Assembly (NCBI RefSeq): GCF_018350175.1
Contig: NC_058368.1
Span: 206,462,001-206,526,000, forward strand
Length of the DNA: 64,000 nt
DNA from: Felis catus
Lineage: Eukaryota
Reading direction: 5' to 3'
Below the pieces are notes generated by a model, which had not been told where the DNA came from, ran no database searches, and saw nothing but the letters and a program-made list of their open reading frames with translations. The translations under genes and the position numbers were made by a program. Positions 12,566-25,080 of the stretch are shown here, piece by piece; positions within the stretch are counted from its first letter, which is position 1, and each line of letters begins with the position of its first letter.

Positions 12566-12990
12566 TAGTCTTCCCTCTCGAATGGGTAGTGCAGAAGCTT
12601 ATAGAGTAAGATATGGAGATTGTGGTCATAGGGAGGTTGCTGGATTCAAAGGCAGCTTGCACAGGGAAATTAAATAGGCAGGTTCAGATCTGCTTAAAAA
12701 GGAACAGCAAAATAGCTAACTAACTGACTAGGTTTTCCTAGAAAATACATTGATTGGGATTATACATATGCAAATTCCAAAATACATTTTTCTAGTCAAT
12801 GGAAAAGTGAAACTAAACCATTCTGTTTCATTTTCTCTAATCTGTAGTTTCTATCTTTGCTGGAAATCCAGACAGGATCGATTCTTAGAACCCTGCAAAT
12901 AGCGATTTCTATACTTTAAATTATTTGTAGGATAGTGAAATTATTGAGCCCTGGACTTGGGTTTCTTTTCTTCCAGTTTCCATCTTTTCC

Positions 12991-13021
<31 letters not shown>

Positions 13022-13022
13022 T
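12991..13022. repeat. (GATT)n microsatellite
   Basis: Direct reading. Confidence 0.9.
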
Positions 13023-14384
13023 TTTATCCAAGAATATTTTAAATCTATGTGTTCCTCTGTATTATGCCTGATCAGAATACGACTGTGAGAATTAACATTG
13101 ACAAGACTTACAGTTTATTTGGCTCAGCAGCACCAAGAAGTGTCAAGGCACAGAGCCCTGTTACACTCTCTGATGTCACCCAAAAGCTTATGGCCTCTGC
13201 AAACACAATTCTTCTTTAAAACTTACTACAGAAATATCATCTAGTGACTTATGTAAACATTTTGGAAACCATTTCTGTATTTCATTTTATATTATTTAAG
13301 ATGTTTATAAATCTTCCAAAAGACTACTGTGTTCTAGATACACGTCTTTCAAGTTTCATGTTTTAATTGTAGTATTTGGATATTAGGCGATGAGATGCGT
13401 ATTCATTCAATTCAGGGTTTTATAAACTAGGGACAGTGTTTCTCAGATATGTTCTGAGGGTCCTGGGCATGTGCAGGATGGTGGTTGATAGTTCAGAATT
13501 ATCACAAGGGAGGTGCAATTTCATGTGTGCCCAAACATTGTCTCTGGGAGGATAAATACATAATGTCACACATAAATACACACATACCAAGACTGTGTAG
13601 GTAGTGCTGAGATTAATAAAATGCAAGTTAATTAAAAAACGATTGAATTTGTGAATGTTTTTTGTCATAATGTCTTTTCCCAATCAATAATTATTAAGTG
13701 TTTAAACACTATCATGTGTATTCTGAAACTATTTTGGTATTAAAAAAGGTTTTTATACTCAGAAAGACCAGAAGCCACTAACATAAAATATGTCCCATAA
13801 TAGGCTTTGTTTTTTTCTTGGTGAAAAGTTCACATCTTGTTCATTCTCCTGCCATCCACTTCAACACTTTAGTTTCTGTCTTCTATACTTTTTCTAATAG
13901 TTTTTTTATGTCTTTCCTTAGACGAGGTCATAGAAATTTCACACATATTTTTTGTCATACAGAGGTGAGATAACAATGTGTTGTTTTGTTTATACCACAT
14001 TTTCTGATGATACTAAATATTTTCTGGGTTCTCCTGGTGGCACCTACTCACTGGGCCTATATTCTAAGAAAGTGCCTTCCACGGAATGACTTTGTCATTT
14101 GAAGCTAAGGGATGATTTCCTGTGATGTCACCTGGCTCAACTGCAGGGTCCTCAGGCCTCCACTCCTGTTCTGGATTCCCCTTGCCTCCCCCACGTAGGA
14201 ATATCAAAATGGCATCCACATCCTGTCATTCCTTTTCTTTCTTCTTCTTTTTTTTTGTAAGTCAACCTCTCCTTTTATGTTGGCTCTTTCTCCTATTAAT
14301 ACCCTTCAGCTCTCCCATCTTAGAAAATAGAACCTTCTCTACAGCCCCATATCGAATCCCATGGCTCCTCTCTTTTCAGGGTTA

Positions 14385-14610
14385 GAACAGCACTTCCTGA
14401 ATTAGTGCTCACCTTCATCCCCGCTTCCTTACCTCCTGTTCATTCCTTAGCCTGCGCTCATCTCTCTGGCTTCTGCCTTCACCTATTCCCTGACACTGTT
14501 CAGGCTTAGGTCAAAATGGAACCCCCCCATTTCAAAATCTAGCAGGCACCTTTAGTTCTTATTTCAGTTGCCCTCTCTGGAGCCTGTGAACTACTTACTT
14601 TGACTGGGTC
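14385..14610 (+). mobile_element. L2 RT-region fragment
   Basis: tctggcttctgccttcacc...tagttcttatttcagttgccctctctggagcctgtga resembles L2 SGFRP...SVLILLDLSAAFD coding. Confidence 0.55.
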
Positions 14611-14790
14611 ATGCTGTCACATTCCTCCAAGGCTTTCCCTCATTTTAGAGTGCTCTTTCTCTTTTCTTTAACTGGCTGACTGCCATGTAGCCTGGAAGAT
14701 TTCGTGTTAGTGGCACTAATACGGGAGGCTGTCCCCAGTCTTCCTGTCAGCTTCAGACTATTAGGGGCTCCTAGAGCACCCTCTATTTAT

Positions 14791-15032
14791 CTTTTTTTTT
14801 TAATTTTTTACTTGTATTTTTTAAATGTTTTTATTTATTTTTGAAAGAAAGAGAGAGACAGAGAGAGCACGAATGGGGGAGGGGCAGAGAGAGAGGGAGA
14901 CCCAGAATCTGAAGCAGGCTCCAGGCTCTGAGCTGTCAGCACAGAGCCCGACGTGGGGCTTGAACTCACGAGCCCTGAGATCGTGACCTGAGCCGAAGTC
15001 AGATGCTCAACCGACTGAGCTACCCAGGTGCC

Positions 15033-15034
<2 letters not shown>
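14791..15034 (-). mobile_element. Can-SINE
   Basis: Full antisense SINE body with T-rich tail. Confidence 0.94.
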
Positions 15035-15035
<1 letters not shown>

Positions 15036-15095
<60 letters not shown>

Positions 15096-15157
15096 CATAT
15101 AATATTTATATATTTATAAATATAAAATATTGCCATATATATATATATATATATATA
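15036..15157. repeat. (TA)n microsatellite / AT-rich low complexity
   Basis: Pure TA run 15036-15092 plus a second run 15135-15157. Confidence 0.95.
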
Positions 15158-15194
15158 AGCGTTTTTCTATTGAGAGAGAGACAAGTCCTGGCAG

Positions 15195-15300
15195 TGTGGA
15201 GCATGCTTCAGATTCTCTCTTTCCCCTTCTGTCTCTGCCACTCCCTAGCTCTCTCTCCCTCTCTCTCTTTCAAAGTAAATAAAAAATCGTAAGAAAAAAA
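15195..15300 (+). mobile_element. 5'-truncated Can-SINE fragment
   Basis: gcatgcttcagattctctct..CT tract..aaataaaaaa. Confidence 0.7.
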
Positions 15301-15529
15301 TGTTCATGTCAGTTTCTCCTGACATGAGAAGGGGTAGTAAGTGTCTACCCCTGACATGTCTCCTGACATGAGAGGGTAAGTAGTGTGTGTTCATTATATC
15401 TAAATTAGAAAATCTGGTGAACATGAAGGAGAGCCTCTAAGAAACTTGTAACCCAGAGAGAACCACTACTAGTATTTTGAGTTTTATCTTTCCGTTGCAC
15501 ACATACACACGTTGATGTAGCCTATTTTT

Positions 15530-15760
15530 TATTTTTATTTATATTTATGTATTTATTTTTTAATGTTTATTTACTTTTTAGAGAGAGAGAGAGAGAGAGA
15601 GAGCAGAGGAGGGGAAGAGAGGGAAGGAGACACAGAATCGGAAGCAGGCTCCAGGCTCAGCTCAGCACAGAGCCTGATGTGGTGCTCAAACTCACAAGTT
15701 ATGAAATCATGACCTGAGCCAAAGTCAGACGCTTAACCAACTGGGCCACCCAGGCACTCC
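15530..15760 (-). mobile_element. Can-SINE
   Basis: TSD TTGATGTAGCCT 15512-15523 / 15761-15772. Confidence 0.93.
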
Positions 15761-15837
15761 TTGATGTAGCCTGTTTTTTAAAAACATAATCATATATCTT
15801 GAATATTGTTCCATAATCTGTATCAACATTAAAAAAA

Positions 15838-16037
15838 ATTTTAATGTTTATTTCTTTTTGAGACGCAGAGAGACAGAGTGTGAGCTGGGGAAGGGTCAGA
15901 GAGAGGGAGACACAGGATCCGAAGTAGGCTCCAGGCTGTGAGCATGGAGCCTGACACAGGGCTTGAACTCAAGAACTGCGAGATCGTGACCTGAGCCAAA
16001 GTCAGACGCCTAGCCCACTGAGCCAGGCAGGCACCCC
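15838..16037 (-). mobile_element. Can-SINE
   Basis: Antisense body; imperfect TSD tgtatcaacatt / tgcatcatcatt. Confidence 0.92.
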
Positions 16038-16039
16038 TG

Positions 16040-16290
16040 CATCATCATTTTTAAGGCTTCCGTGTATTTGCTTTGATTATATCCTAATTTATTTAAACTG
16101 TTCTCTTTTCCCCTCTTTCTCGCTATTGTTTAACATATTGTCTTGTATAGACGTCTTTGAAACATCTCATTATAAACTAAGGATACATTTCTAGGAGGGG
16201 AGTTGTTGGGGCAAATGGTATTTACAGTTTTAGGAATTTTTTATATGTTCAGCCAAATTAATCTCTAGAAAAATCTTGTTTCAATTGATA
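16040..16290 (-). mobile_element. Old L1 fragment
   Basis: aggatacatttctaggaggggagttgttggggcaaatggta...gccaaattaatctctagaaa. Confidence 0.6.
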
Positions 16291-17833
16291 AGAGTGGCTG
16301 ACCACATACCATTGTAGTTGCTGGCTTATTTGATGTCCCTTCCTAAATTTTTGGTGCTTGAGTGTGCTGATGCTGTCTTTCATGGAGATTCCTATCAGAG
16401 TGGCAATTATTTGTTGAAGGAATCAATCTATATTGATTTTTTTTTCAAGGAAGCATATTCATGCCTGGCTTTGGGGAAGAGATTTTCAAACACAAGTAAG
16501 TTAGGATAGATTTGTAAGTGGAGTACATTACAGCCATTGCACATGTTGATGTAGATGTATGGAAATTGTTTATAAATAGGCTGCCATCCAAAAAGAATAG
16601 GCTATAAACAGTATATGTAGCATGAATCCCTGTTTGTAATAAACACCTATATTCATAAATTACATTTACAATATTGAAATTGGGGTGTACTATGTTTTAT
16701 TATCTGTGTTAAAGGAGTGCCTGTGAACCATTCTATAACCTATAAATAAGCAATTTAAGTCATCCATTATACCAGTGCTTTTTCCTCATCATCCTGACTT
16801 TTCCCTTACCAAGAGATAACAGTGCAGTTTAGCACCATGTTGTAGGATAGTTCACTCAGTTTTCCTGTGAAACTTTTCTAACCAGTGACTTAGGAGCAAT
16901 GATGGCCATCTGCATCCTCTTCCAAGGTGTGTTGTGAAATTAGCAAGATTACTTGGTGTTTGGGAGGAAAATTCATGTAGAAATCCTGGGTGTTTCTATT
17001 TATTATTAATATGTACCCTTGAGTTTTGAAATGACTCAGGACTTAATGTGGCTTAATGTGTGTAATGGGAGGCTACTTGGGAGGAGGGAAGGAATCTGAT
17101 GAAATGTAACACAATATTACTAGCAACATAATTACATTTATCACTGTAAGAGACTATAGCATCTTGTTCCTTAGCATCCGTGATGATGTAATGATACATT
17201 TGTGTCTTCTGTCCTTTCCTTTCTTCCTTTCTGATAATTTTGCCTGTTGAAAACCTTTTAAGTCATCTGGGTACTGACTCTGTTAAGAGAGAAACTTTGC
17301 AAGTTTCAATTTGTGTACATTTGTTTACCATCCTTATGTCAACACTAAAAAAAAAAAAAAAAAACAAAACAAAAAACAAAAAACCCCAAACAACTGCCTG
17401 GCAATACTTGAGGTAACACTATTTCTGTTTTTCATTCTATCCACAATAACATTCTTGCCCTTTCTTTGATAAGGTGCCAAAATAGGAAGGATGGAAAATT
17501 CTGCTGCAATTGTTAGATAAATCACTTTCCAGACAGAACTCATAATAATTGCTACAGATTGCTGGCCTCAAGGAATATTTCTTTTAATTAAATGTTAAGG
17601 AGATGAATTATAATTTTTATTTTTTTTTTTATGCCTTTTAACTTTTTAGGAACTGTCTCATCCATGGCCATAGAAAGGTTTGGGCAATTCTAGCATGAAA
17701 CCTAATGATAATAATTACTATTAATTATCAAGAGCTTATAGAGTTCTAAAATTATTCAGTGCATCTCACATGTTTTACTTCATTTATTATTCTTGCTGTT
17801 ATTTACTATCGGGTAGTTATTTAATCATTTTAT

Positions 17834-17930
17834 GGGGGCTCCTGGCTAGCTCAGTTGGTAGAGCATGCAACTCTTGATCTTGGGGTTGTGAGTTTGAGCC
17901 CACATTAGGAGTAGAGATTACTTAAAAACA
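17834..17930 (+). mobile_element. Short older tRNA-derived carnivore SINE
   Basis: gggggctcctggctagctcagttggtagagcatgcaactcttgatc...gtagagattacttaaaaa. Confidence 0.85.
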
Positions 17931-18424
17931 GAATCATGAAAACTTGCAACAAAACAAAACAAAATAATTTTATGGACTTTCTAGCTTTCTCATATGCTCC
18001 ATGCCTTCTAGTCTTATAGGATATGCTATGTAATCTGTCCCTAACTTTGATCAATTTTGGAAAAAATAATAACTACAATTGTCATTTATGGAGCACTTAT
18101 TAGTTGCCAGTTGCTGTTCAGACAGTCTTGTTCCTACTTCCCTATTCCTGTCTTTCATATGAGGAGGGTGGAAAGGTTAAAGTTTTTCTCCATGTCCCAC
18201 AGAGAGTAAATGTTAGAGCTGGAATGAGAATGCCGCTCAGAGTGACTCCAAAAAAACAGGCCACTTTACACTCTGCCACCTGTTCTGTGTGACATATGAT
18301 GTAAAAAGAAGAACATATTCTGTGAGTTATGTGAGTAATTAAAAAGCAGTAACAATAAGGAGCTCTAAGTGGACGTTAACAATATGAGCCTAAAGCCATA
18401 CAATTAATTAAGAGGTGCCTTAAC

Positions 18425-18427
18425 TTT

Positions 18428-18487
<60 letters not shown>

Positions 18488-18510
18488 TTCTTTCTTTCTC
18501 TTTCTTCTTT

Positions 18511-18557
<47 letters not shown>

Positions 18558-18583
18558 CTTTCTTTCTTTCTCTTCTTTCTTTC

Positions 18584-18641
<58 letters not shown>
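18425..18641. repeat. Long (TTTC)n / (GAAA)n array derived from a SINE tail
   Basis: About 215 bp of pure pyrimidine on + strand. Confidence 0.97.
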
Positions 18642-18642
<1 letters not shown>

Positions 18643-18822
18643 GTTTATTTTAAGAGAGAGAGCAAGCAGGGAAAGAGCAGAGAGAGGGGAGAGAGAATCC
18701 CAAGCAGGCTCTGCACAGTCAATGTGGAGCCTGACACGAGATCTCATCTTACAAACTGTGAAATCATGACCTGAACCAAAACCAAGTCAGACACTTAACT
18801 GACTGAGCCACTCAGGTGCCCC
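18642..18822 (-). mobile_element. Can-SINE
   Basis: TSD agaggtgccttaa / agaggtgtcctaa brackets SINE plus TTTC array. Confidence 0.92.
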
Positions 18823-19961
18823 AGAGGTGTCCTAATTTAAAAAATTGACTTATAATTTGGTTTTATTTGCTAAAAAATGAATAAGTCAGGACCTAGAAAC
18901 ATCTGCTCTTATAAAAGCTTTTCTAGATCATTGGGCAACTGATAGAGCTTCAAGTTCAATTTGCTTAACATCCATGGAACACCTGCCATGTACTGGGTGC
19001 CAGTGTAGAAGTAAAAAATATAAGTAAAGGGTGTTGTAGTAGGAAGGGGCCTTAGAAATCACATAGCCTATTGGTTGTCACTCTGGATTCCACAGGGCCT
19101 TTGGGTTCTACCCTGGTTTATCTACAGCCATCGCTGGGCACAGGGAAGAAAGGAAGAGACAGGGGAGACAGTAATAGAATTCTGGTTCTCTCCTGTCCCC
19201 TTCCACTGGAGCAGCTCCAAACTTTTACTTATTGGCCCTTTTGAAGTTTCTTCCTTTTACAGAGGAAGAAACTTAGGGACAGTCAGCATCTGAGGTGAAC
19301 AAATGGTGGGTTAAGAAGGCACAAAAATAGGATCCTTCCATTTGCCAAACCAATGAGCTGCATAGTATTCTTTATGCTCTCCATACTCTTTATAGGAGTG
19401 AATTTCACTTTCATCATGTTTATGCGATGCTGCAGCCAAGACGGTCATATTGCATTCAGGTGGCCATGTCATAGGCATCAACTAATGGCCACTGTGGTGA
19501 CTTTGGGGCTTTTAAGAAATTGCAGTCAGTGAGCGTGATGCACATTGCTTTGACCTTTATTGGTGTTACCTCCTCTGGGATTGTTGCCCATGATTCCAGT
19601 TGAAGTCCTGCCTTTCCAGTCACGGTTTCAAAGTTACATTCTTCTTAGTGATAGACTAAGAATTATCATGCAAACCCAATTCCATATCTTCTTATCAAAC
19701 ACTTTGATAGAGGAGAAGATTCTGAGTTAGGGGAAATTACTCTATTAATTCTATCTGTGCTCTCAGACTATAATTCTGTAGTCTTTGGACATAATATTTA
19801 AAGAAAAGATACATCTCATTCTAGGTTTCTAGCAATCCAGCTTCTATTGCTTTTATCCATTAAGATAATTAGAGAGCAAGGAGACTCAAGTATTCTATAT
19901 CAAGTCAGAGGTAAGAACTGTTTAGCTAGTATTATGAAAATTATATTAAATTATTGGGTAC

Positions 19962-20125
19962 GGGACGCCTGGGTAGCTCAGTCGGTCACACATTCGACTT
20001 CAGCTCAGATCATGATCTCGCAGTTTGTGAGTTCAAGCCCTGCTTCAGGCTCTGTGTTGATAGCTCAGAGCCTGGAGCCTGCTTTGGATTCTGTGTCTTC
20101 TTTTCTTCTCCCCTCCCCTGCTCAT

Positions 20126-20165
<40 letters not shown>

Positions 20166-20200
20166 CCTCCCTCCCCCTCAAAAATAAACATTAAAATTTT
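19962..20200 (+). mobile_element. Can-SINE
   Basis: Head, (CT)n, AATAAA; TSD atattaaattattgg / atattaattattgg. Confidence 0.93.
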
Positions 20201-20599
20201 TTTTCATATTAATTATTGGCTAGAATGAAACAAATGTGTTCTAGTTGAGCTTTAGAGCCCAAGACATGGGCTTTTCTGCTGTTGGACTGGAGGACAGAGG
20301 CAAGGAGGCAGACTTGGACTTTAAGACTGGGAGGCCTTTGCTGAAGCGGAGGAGACAGGGGAAGCAACGAAATTCAATTAGTGGCTGGTAGGAGCAGATG
20401 ACATCTGCAGCTGGAGGAGATCATCTAGCAGCTGTGGCTGGATCATCATGGTGACTGTAACCCAGACAAGAAAAACAGACCGTGGGAGGCAACCTGCCTG
20501 CAACTGCCTTATGCCAGTATTAAAACAATGTTAGGGCTTACTGATTTTTTTAATGAAGGAGAAAAAGTAGATGGATTTTTTTAGATGGATATGAATATG

Positions 20600-20810
20600 A
20601 TGTCCATTAATAAAAATCTTTCCTTCCTAGACTTTCCAGGTAGTTTCCTTTTTAATTTTGCTTTGAAAGATAATACAGTGATAAGAATCCTTGTTTGCTC
20701 ATTTCTTAATGGACACATTCCATTTTTTTCCTGAAGATAAAAACCTAGAATATAAATTTCTGTGGTGAAGGGTGTATATATAATTAAGGTTTGGGTAGGT
20801 AAACAAATTA
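20600..20810 (-). mobile_element. Old L1 fragment
   Basis: Minus-strand ORF fragment IIYTPFTTEIYILGFYLQE resembles L1 ORF2 C-terminal LPFDPAIPLLGIYP. Confidence 0.55.
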
Positions 20811-20832
20811 TCTTTTCAAAAGCTGTTGCACC

Positions 20833-21038
20833 TTTTAAAATGTTCATCTATTTGTGTGTGTGAGAGAGAGAGAGAGCATGTGCACAAGTGGGGGAGGGGC
20901 AGAGAGATGAGGACAGATTCTGAAGCGGTCTGTGTGTCCACAGCAGTGACCCTGATGGGGGGCTTGAAGTCACAAACCATGAGATTATGACCTGAGCCGA
21001 AGTCAGATGCTCAACCGACTTAGCTGCTCAGGCACCCC
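20833..21038 (-). mobile_element. Can-SINE
   Basis: TSD aaaagctgttgca / aaaagccgttgca. Confidence 0.9.
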
Positions 21039-21840
21039 AAAAGCCGTTGCATTCTTATGTGGATTTCTTACCATTTGTTGGGGAATCACAGAAATTAAGG
21101 ATGCATTGTTGCTTCACAGACTCCTGAAGTTAGATAAACTCTCAGGGGCCGGATGGATCATTTTTATTGTATTAGATTTTCTGAGTAATCTCCTTGCCAA
21201 AGCCATAACCTCTTCCGAGGTCAGTTCCAGCCCTCTCTTCTGTCCTGTCTGCCTTGTTAATACCCAGGGCCCCTAGCTGGATGAACCACTGAGCCAAACT
21301 TGGACACACTTTTTTCTCTTAAGAATTTTAGCCAAAAGGCATAAAGTCTAGGAACTTAGAGAATGTAGCTAGATGTAATAGATCCTGGATCTCTATGGTC
21401 ATACAGAGTTAAGGAGAAGAGTGGACATATAGCAAACTACATGGTTTGAAAAAAGGTGAAGTAGAAAACTTCTTCTATAGAGGGGATGTAGGGAAAGAAA
21501 TGGGTGCTGAACATCAGAGACCACGTAGCCTGAGCGAGTCAACGGTGCAGTCCCTGTGAATCAGTATATTCTGTGGTTCCTTCCATAAGGAGCCTCCTCT
21601 GCTTTCTGAAGTTTGATCTATTTCGATCCCCATTCAAGACACCTGACTCCAGGTAAAATGTATAGCATTTACTTCAGAAACATCAGGCTCCAAACATAAA
21701 CAGAGAACCGTATTTTCTGAAATACAAATTAGAACATGCCTGGCAAAATGACTTTTCAGAATGGTACATTTACATAAAAACTTCTCAGACCAGACCTTGT
21801 GGAATTTCATTTACCTAACTTCACCTTGATTTATCTAGTA

Positions 21841-22024
21841 CAATAGTCCTCAAACTTTAGCACACATCACAATTACTTGGGAGGCTTGTTATAACTCAGA
21901 TTGTGGGACCCTATCCTAAGTTTCTGATTCAGTGGTCCTGGGGTAGGTCCCAAGAATTTATATTTCTGACAAGTTCTCAGGTAATGATGCTTCTAGTCTT
22001 GGGGCCACATGTTGAGAACCATTG
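21841..22024. mobile_element. MER5A hAT-Charlie MITE, full length
   Basis: TIR-like ends caatagtcctcaaac...gttgagaaccattg and typical internal sequence. Confidence 0.85.
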
Positions 22025-22259
22025 AGCAAGTAAGAATGTGGGAAAGTCCCTCAGAGAAGAAAATGATACAATTTCTCATGTTCTTTACTAGTCACTCTTA
22101 GGAGGATCTTCTTAGCATTAACTCTTCCCCTTATCCTCTCCTCCCCTCTACTTCCCTACATCTCCCAACCTCCACCCTGGGAAACCCTTTGTCTCAGCTG
22201 CTGTATTCTACCATGGGTGGCAGTTATCACACTGCTTGGCAACTGTTGTATGCCCAACT

Positions 22260-22382
22260 AACTGCCACATCCTGAGGGCATGGACCAGTGTCTTTCACTG
22301 TGTGTCTTCACTCACTAGCACCATATCTCAACATGACAGGCATGAAATACAAAAGTATTGACTGAATGATAGAATGAATGAG
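22260..22382 (+). mobile_element. L2 3' end
   Basis: cctgagggcatggacc...ctagcacc...tgaatgatagaatgaatga. Confidence 0.6.
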
Positions 22383-22595
22383 AATTCCTTTCTTTTTGTA
22401 CTGACTCTTTAGGTCCTTGACAAAGTCCATCTCTGGTGGACTTGACCCCTCCATTTCTCTCTGGTAAAACAGTCTGTTGCTTATCTATTTCTTCACCAGT
22501 ATTCTTAGGATGTAAGTGGCTTGTCAGGGTGGAATAAAGTAGGGTAAAGGAGAGAGCATGTGTGTATATGCACATGCATGTGTGTTCTGTTTTCC

Positions 22596-22692
22596 TTTTT
22601 TTTATTTTAAAGTAAGCTCTAGGCCCAACATGGGCTTGAACTCATGGCCCTGAGGTCAAGGGTCACATGCTCCACTGACTGAGGCAGCCAGA
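22596..22692 (-). mobile_element. Short carnivore tRNA-SINE
   Basis: aagtaagctctaggcccaacatgggcttgaactc...ctgactgaggcagcca. Confidence 0.8.
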
Positions 22693-24229
22693 TATCTGTT
22701 TTCTTTTTATTTCCTTCTTGTTCATGTAGATACAACAGCTGTGTGAGTTGGTGGAGTTGGGCATTTCCACCAGACCATGTATCTCTTTGAAGAATGTCCC
22801 ATTCATAGATCAGAAACTTTTATTTTTACCTCTTGTGGCTTACAACTCTTGGCTTTGCTTGAGTAGCGATGCATAACCCACAAAACTGGATTGTAATTCG
22901 TTCATATAATTTCTTGTGAGTCAAGACATTTTGAGATAGCACAAAAAAGTATTAGACTAAGAATCAGCAATTCTGGATTCTAGTCTTAACTTAACCTTTA
23001 ATTAGTTACATGCCCTTAGCCGAGTCTCCTAATTTGATTTTTCAATGAAGGCTTTAATAAAAATAATCTAAATATTCTTTCCAAATCTTAACACTCTCAG
23101 CATCTGTGAGTTGAGAGGAACGTGTTCTCAAAAGTGTGACATGCTTTAGGCATGTATTTATTTTGCATGTTCAGGTGTGGCCCATATGTCCTTTTAGATG
23201 GTAAAGAGATCATTTGGTGAAATAAAGACATTCCAAAGGGCTATACATAAAGTTGTGTTGCAGGCAGTCCTGTGTCTTTGGCTATTCTAGGAGTAAATGA
23301 AAAAGAGGATAAAGAAAGAGGAACCAATTAGAAGAGATACTTTGCATTTATTCCCATGAAGAAGGAAGCTTGAGTTCTTGCCCAGGTCTGAGTATTTAAT
23401 TTTTCAGTAAGCAAGAACCAGATCCATCAACACATCCTCTTCTTTGAATATTTATGGTTTGCTCTATATCTTGTCCCTGTGGAATTTCCTGAGCAAAGAG
23501 ATTGTATGTTTGACTCTTGAAGAAGATAATGTGATCTCAGAAATATGCTATTTGGCATCCTAATAAAGTCCAGATTTAAAGTATCAGCTTGGTCACTTGC
23601 TAACTTCTTCCAAATGTCCAGCTGTTATCATTACAATATATCATGTCTTAGTCTTGGGAAGTATAGTTTACAGCCATGTCACAATGGCAGAATAGTTGGT
23701 AAGAATGTTTTTTCTGAGTAGTTGACTTGTTAAAGAAAAACAATTTGGGGGAAGTGATGGTGAGGGTGGAGAAACATATTTTCTTGGTGATGAAGCCACA
23801 GCAAATTTCCAGAGGAAGACAATCTGTCACTTTCTTGACCTTTTGAGATTCCCCATGAAGTTTAATTCTCCATCATTTTTCTACTTCATAGGAATTAGAT
23901 CTGATTTAAAAAACTGGGCTGGTATATTGTAAGTACTTCCTTTTATGGGAACTGTGTTGAAGGTGATCCTTAAACTACTTGGTGCAACTGAGATATTAAC
24001 TTACCTTCATTCCCAATGTTCTAATTGTCTTTTCTTAAAAAAAAAAAAAAGGACAAAAACAAAAAAAACCTAAGTCAACTAGATTGAATTTTGGCTGAGT
24101 TGTGCCTCCTTTGAATAACATTTCCATTTGGTCTTACTGGGATACTCAGAAAACCTTAAAATCTTTAAAAGGTCATGTTCCCTTTGTAGATGTAGAAAAG
24201 TGCTTTTGACTTCCTGGGTCCCTTTAAAA

Positions 24230-25080
24230 AAACTTTACCAAAATAAGATATACACATATCAGGAAAGTACACATAGCATCAGTGTAAAAAGCATTAAGTT
24301 TTCGATACTGAACACAACTGTGTAACCAGCACTTAGATCAAGAAACAAAACACTGGGGCACCTGGGTGGCTCAGTGGGTAAAGCATCTAACTCTTGATTT
24401 CGGGTTAGTTCATGACCTCATAGCCATGAGATTGAGTTCTACAGTTGTGAGATTGAGCCCCGCATTGGGCTGTGCACTGAGTGTAGAGCCTGTTTAAGAT
24501 TCTCTCTCACTCTCCCTCTGCCCGTTTCCCCTGTTTGTTTGCTCTCTCTCTCTCTCTCTCAAGTAAAAACAACAACAACATTGTCAGCATCGCATAAGCC
24601 CCCTTGTGCTCTGTTCAGGCTCCTATCTGCTCTCCCCACCAACGATAACTGTGATGTTGACTTCAACAGCATAGGCTTCTTTTGCCTGTTTTTATACTTT
24701 GATCTTGTTTTGGTCATACTAAAGACATTATTTGCCTATCCAAAAGTACTCTTTTGGATAGGGCTTATTTCATTCAATATTACGTTAGTGAGAATCATTG
24801 GGTTATATGTACGTGCCAATCATTCTCATTTCTGAATAATGTGTAAAAATGCAGTATTTATTTATCAGTTTTACTGTTGATGGAATTTAGGCATTTCTGT
24901 TTCTGGCCTTTATGAATAGTTTGGCTATGAACATGACAGGACATGTCTTTGTTGAATAGATGTGTATGTGTTTGAGTCGGATATATTCCTAGGCATGGAA
25001 TTGCTAGGTTATAAGATATGCATAAGTTCGGCTTTACTAGATACTGCCAGCTTTCAAAAGTCATACTAATTTACTGTCTC
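24230..25080 (-). mobile_element. Old L1 (L1ME-like) 3' region, interrupted by SINE
   Basis: Minus ORF ESWQYLVKPNLCISYNLAIPCLGIYP matches L1 ORF2 C-terminus; 3'UTR motifs. Confidence 0.8.
24355..24570 (+). mobile_element. Can-SINE
   Basis: ggggcacctgggtggctcag head; internal duplication of tgagattgag. Confidence 0.92.

Noticed and set aside
17834..17905. tRNA-Lys-like gene
   Set aside because: Degenerate T-arm and followed by the gtagagattactt/A-rich SINE tail with TSD; a tRNA-derived SINE, not a tRNA.
18376..18747. Lys/Glu/Arg-rich 123-aa ORF
   Set aside because: Translation of SINE plus (GAAA)n microsatellite.
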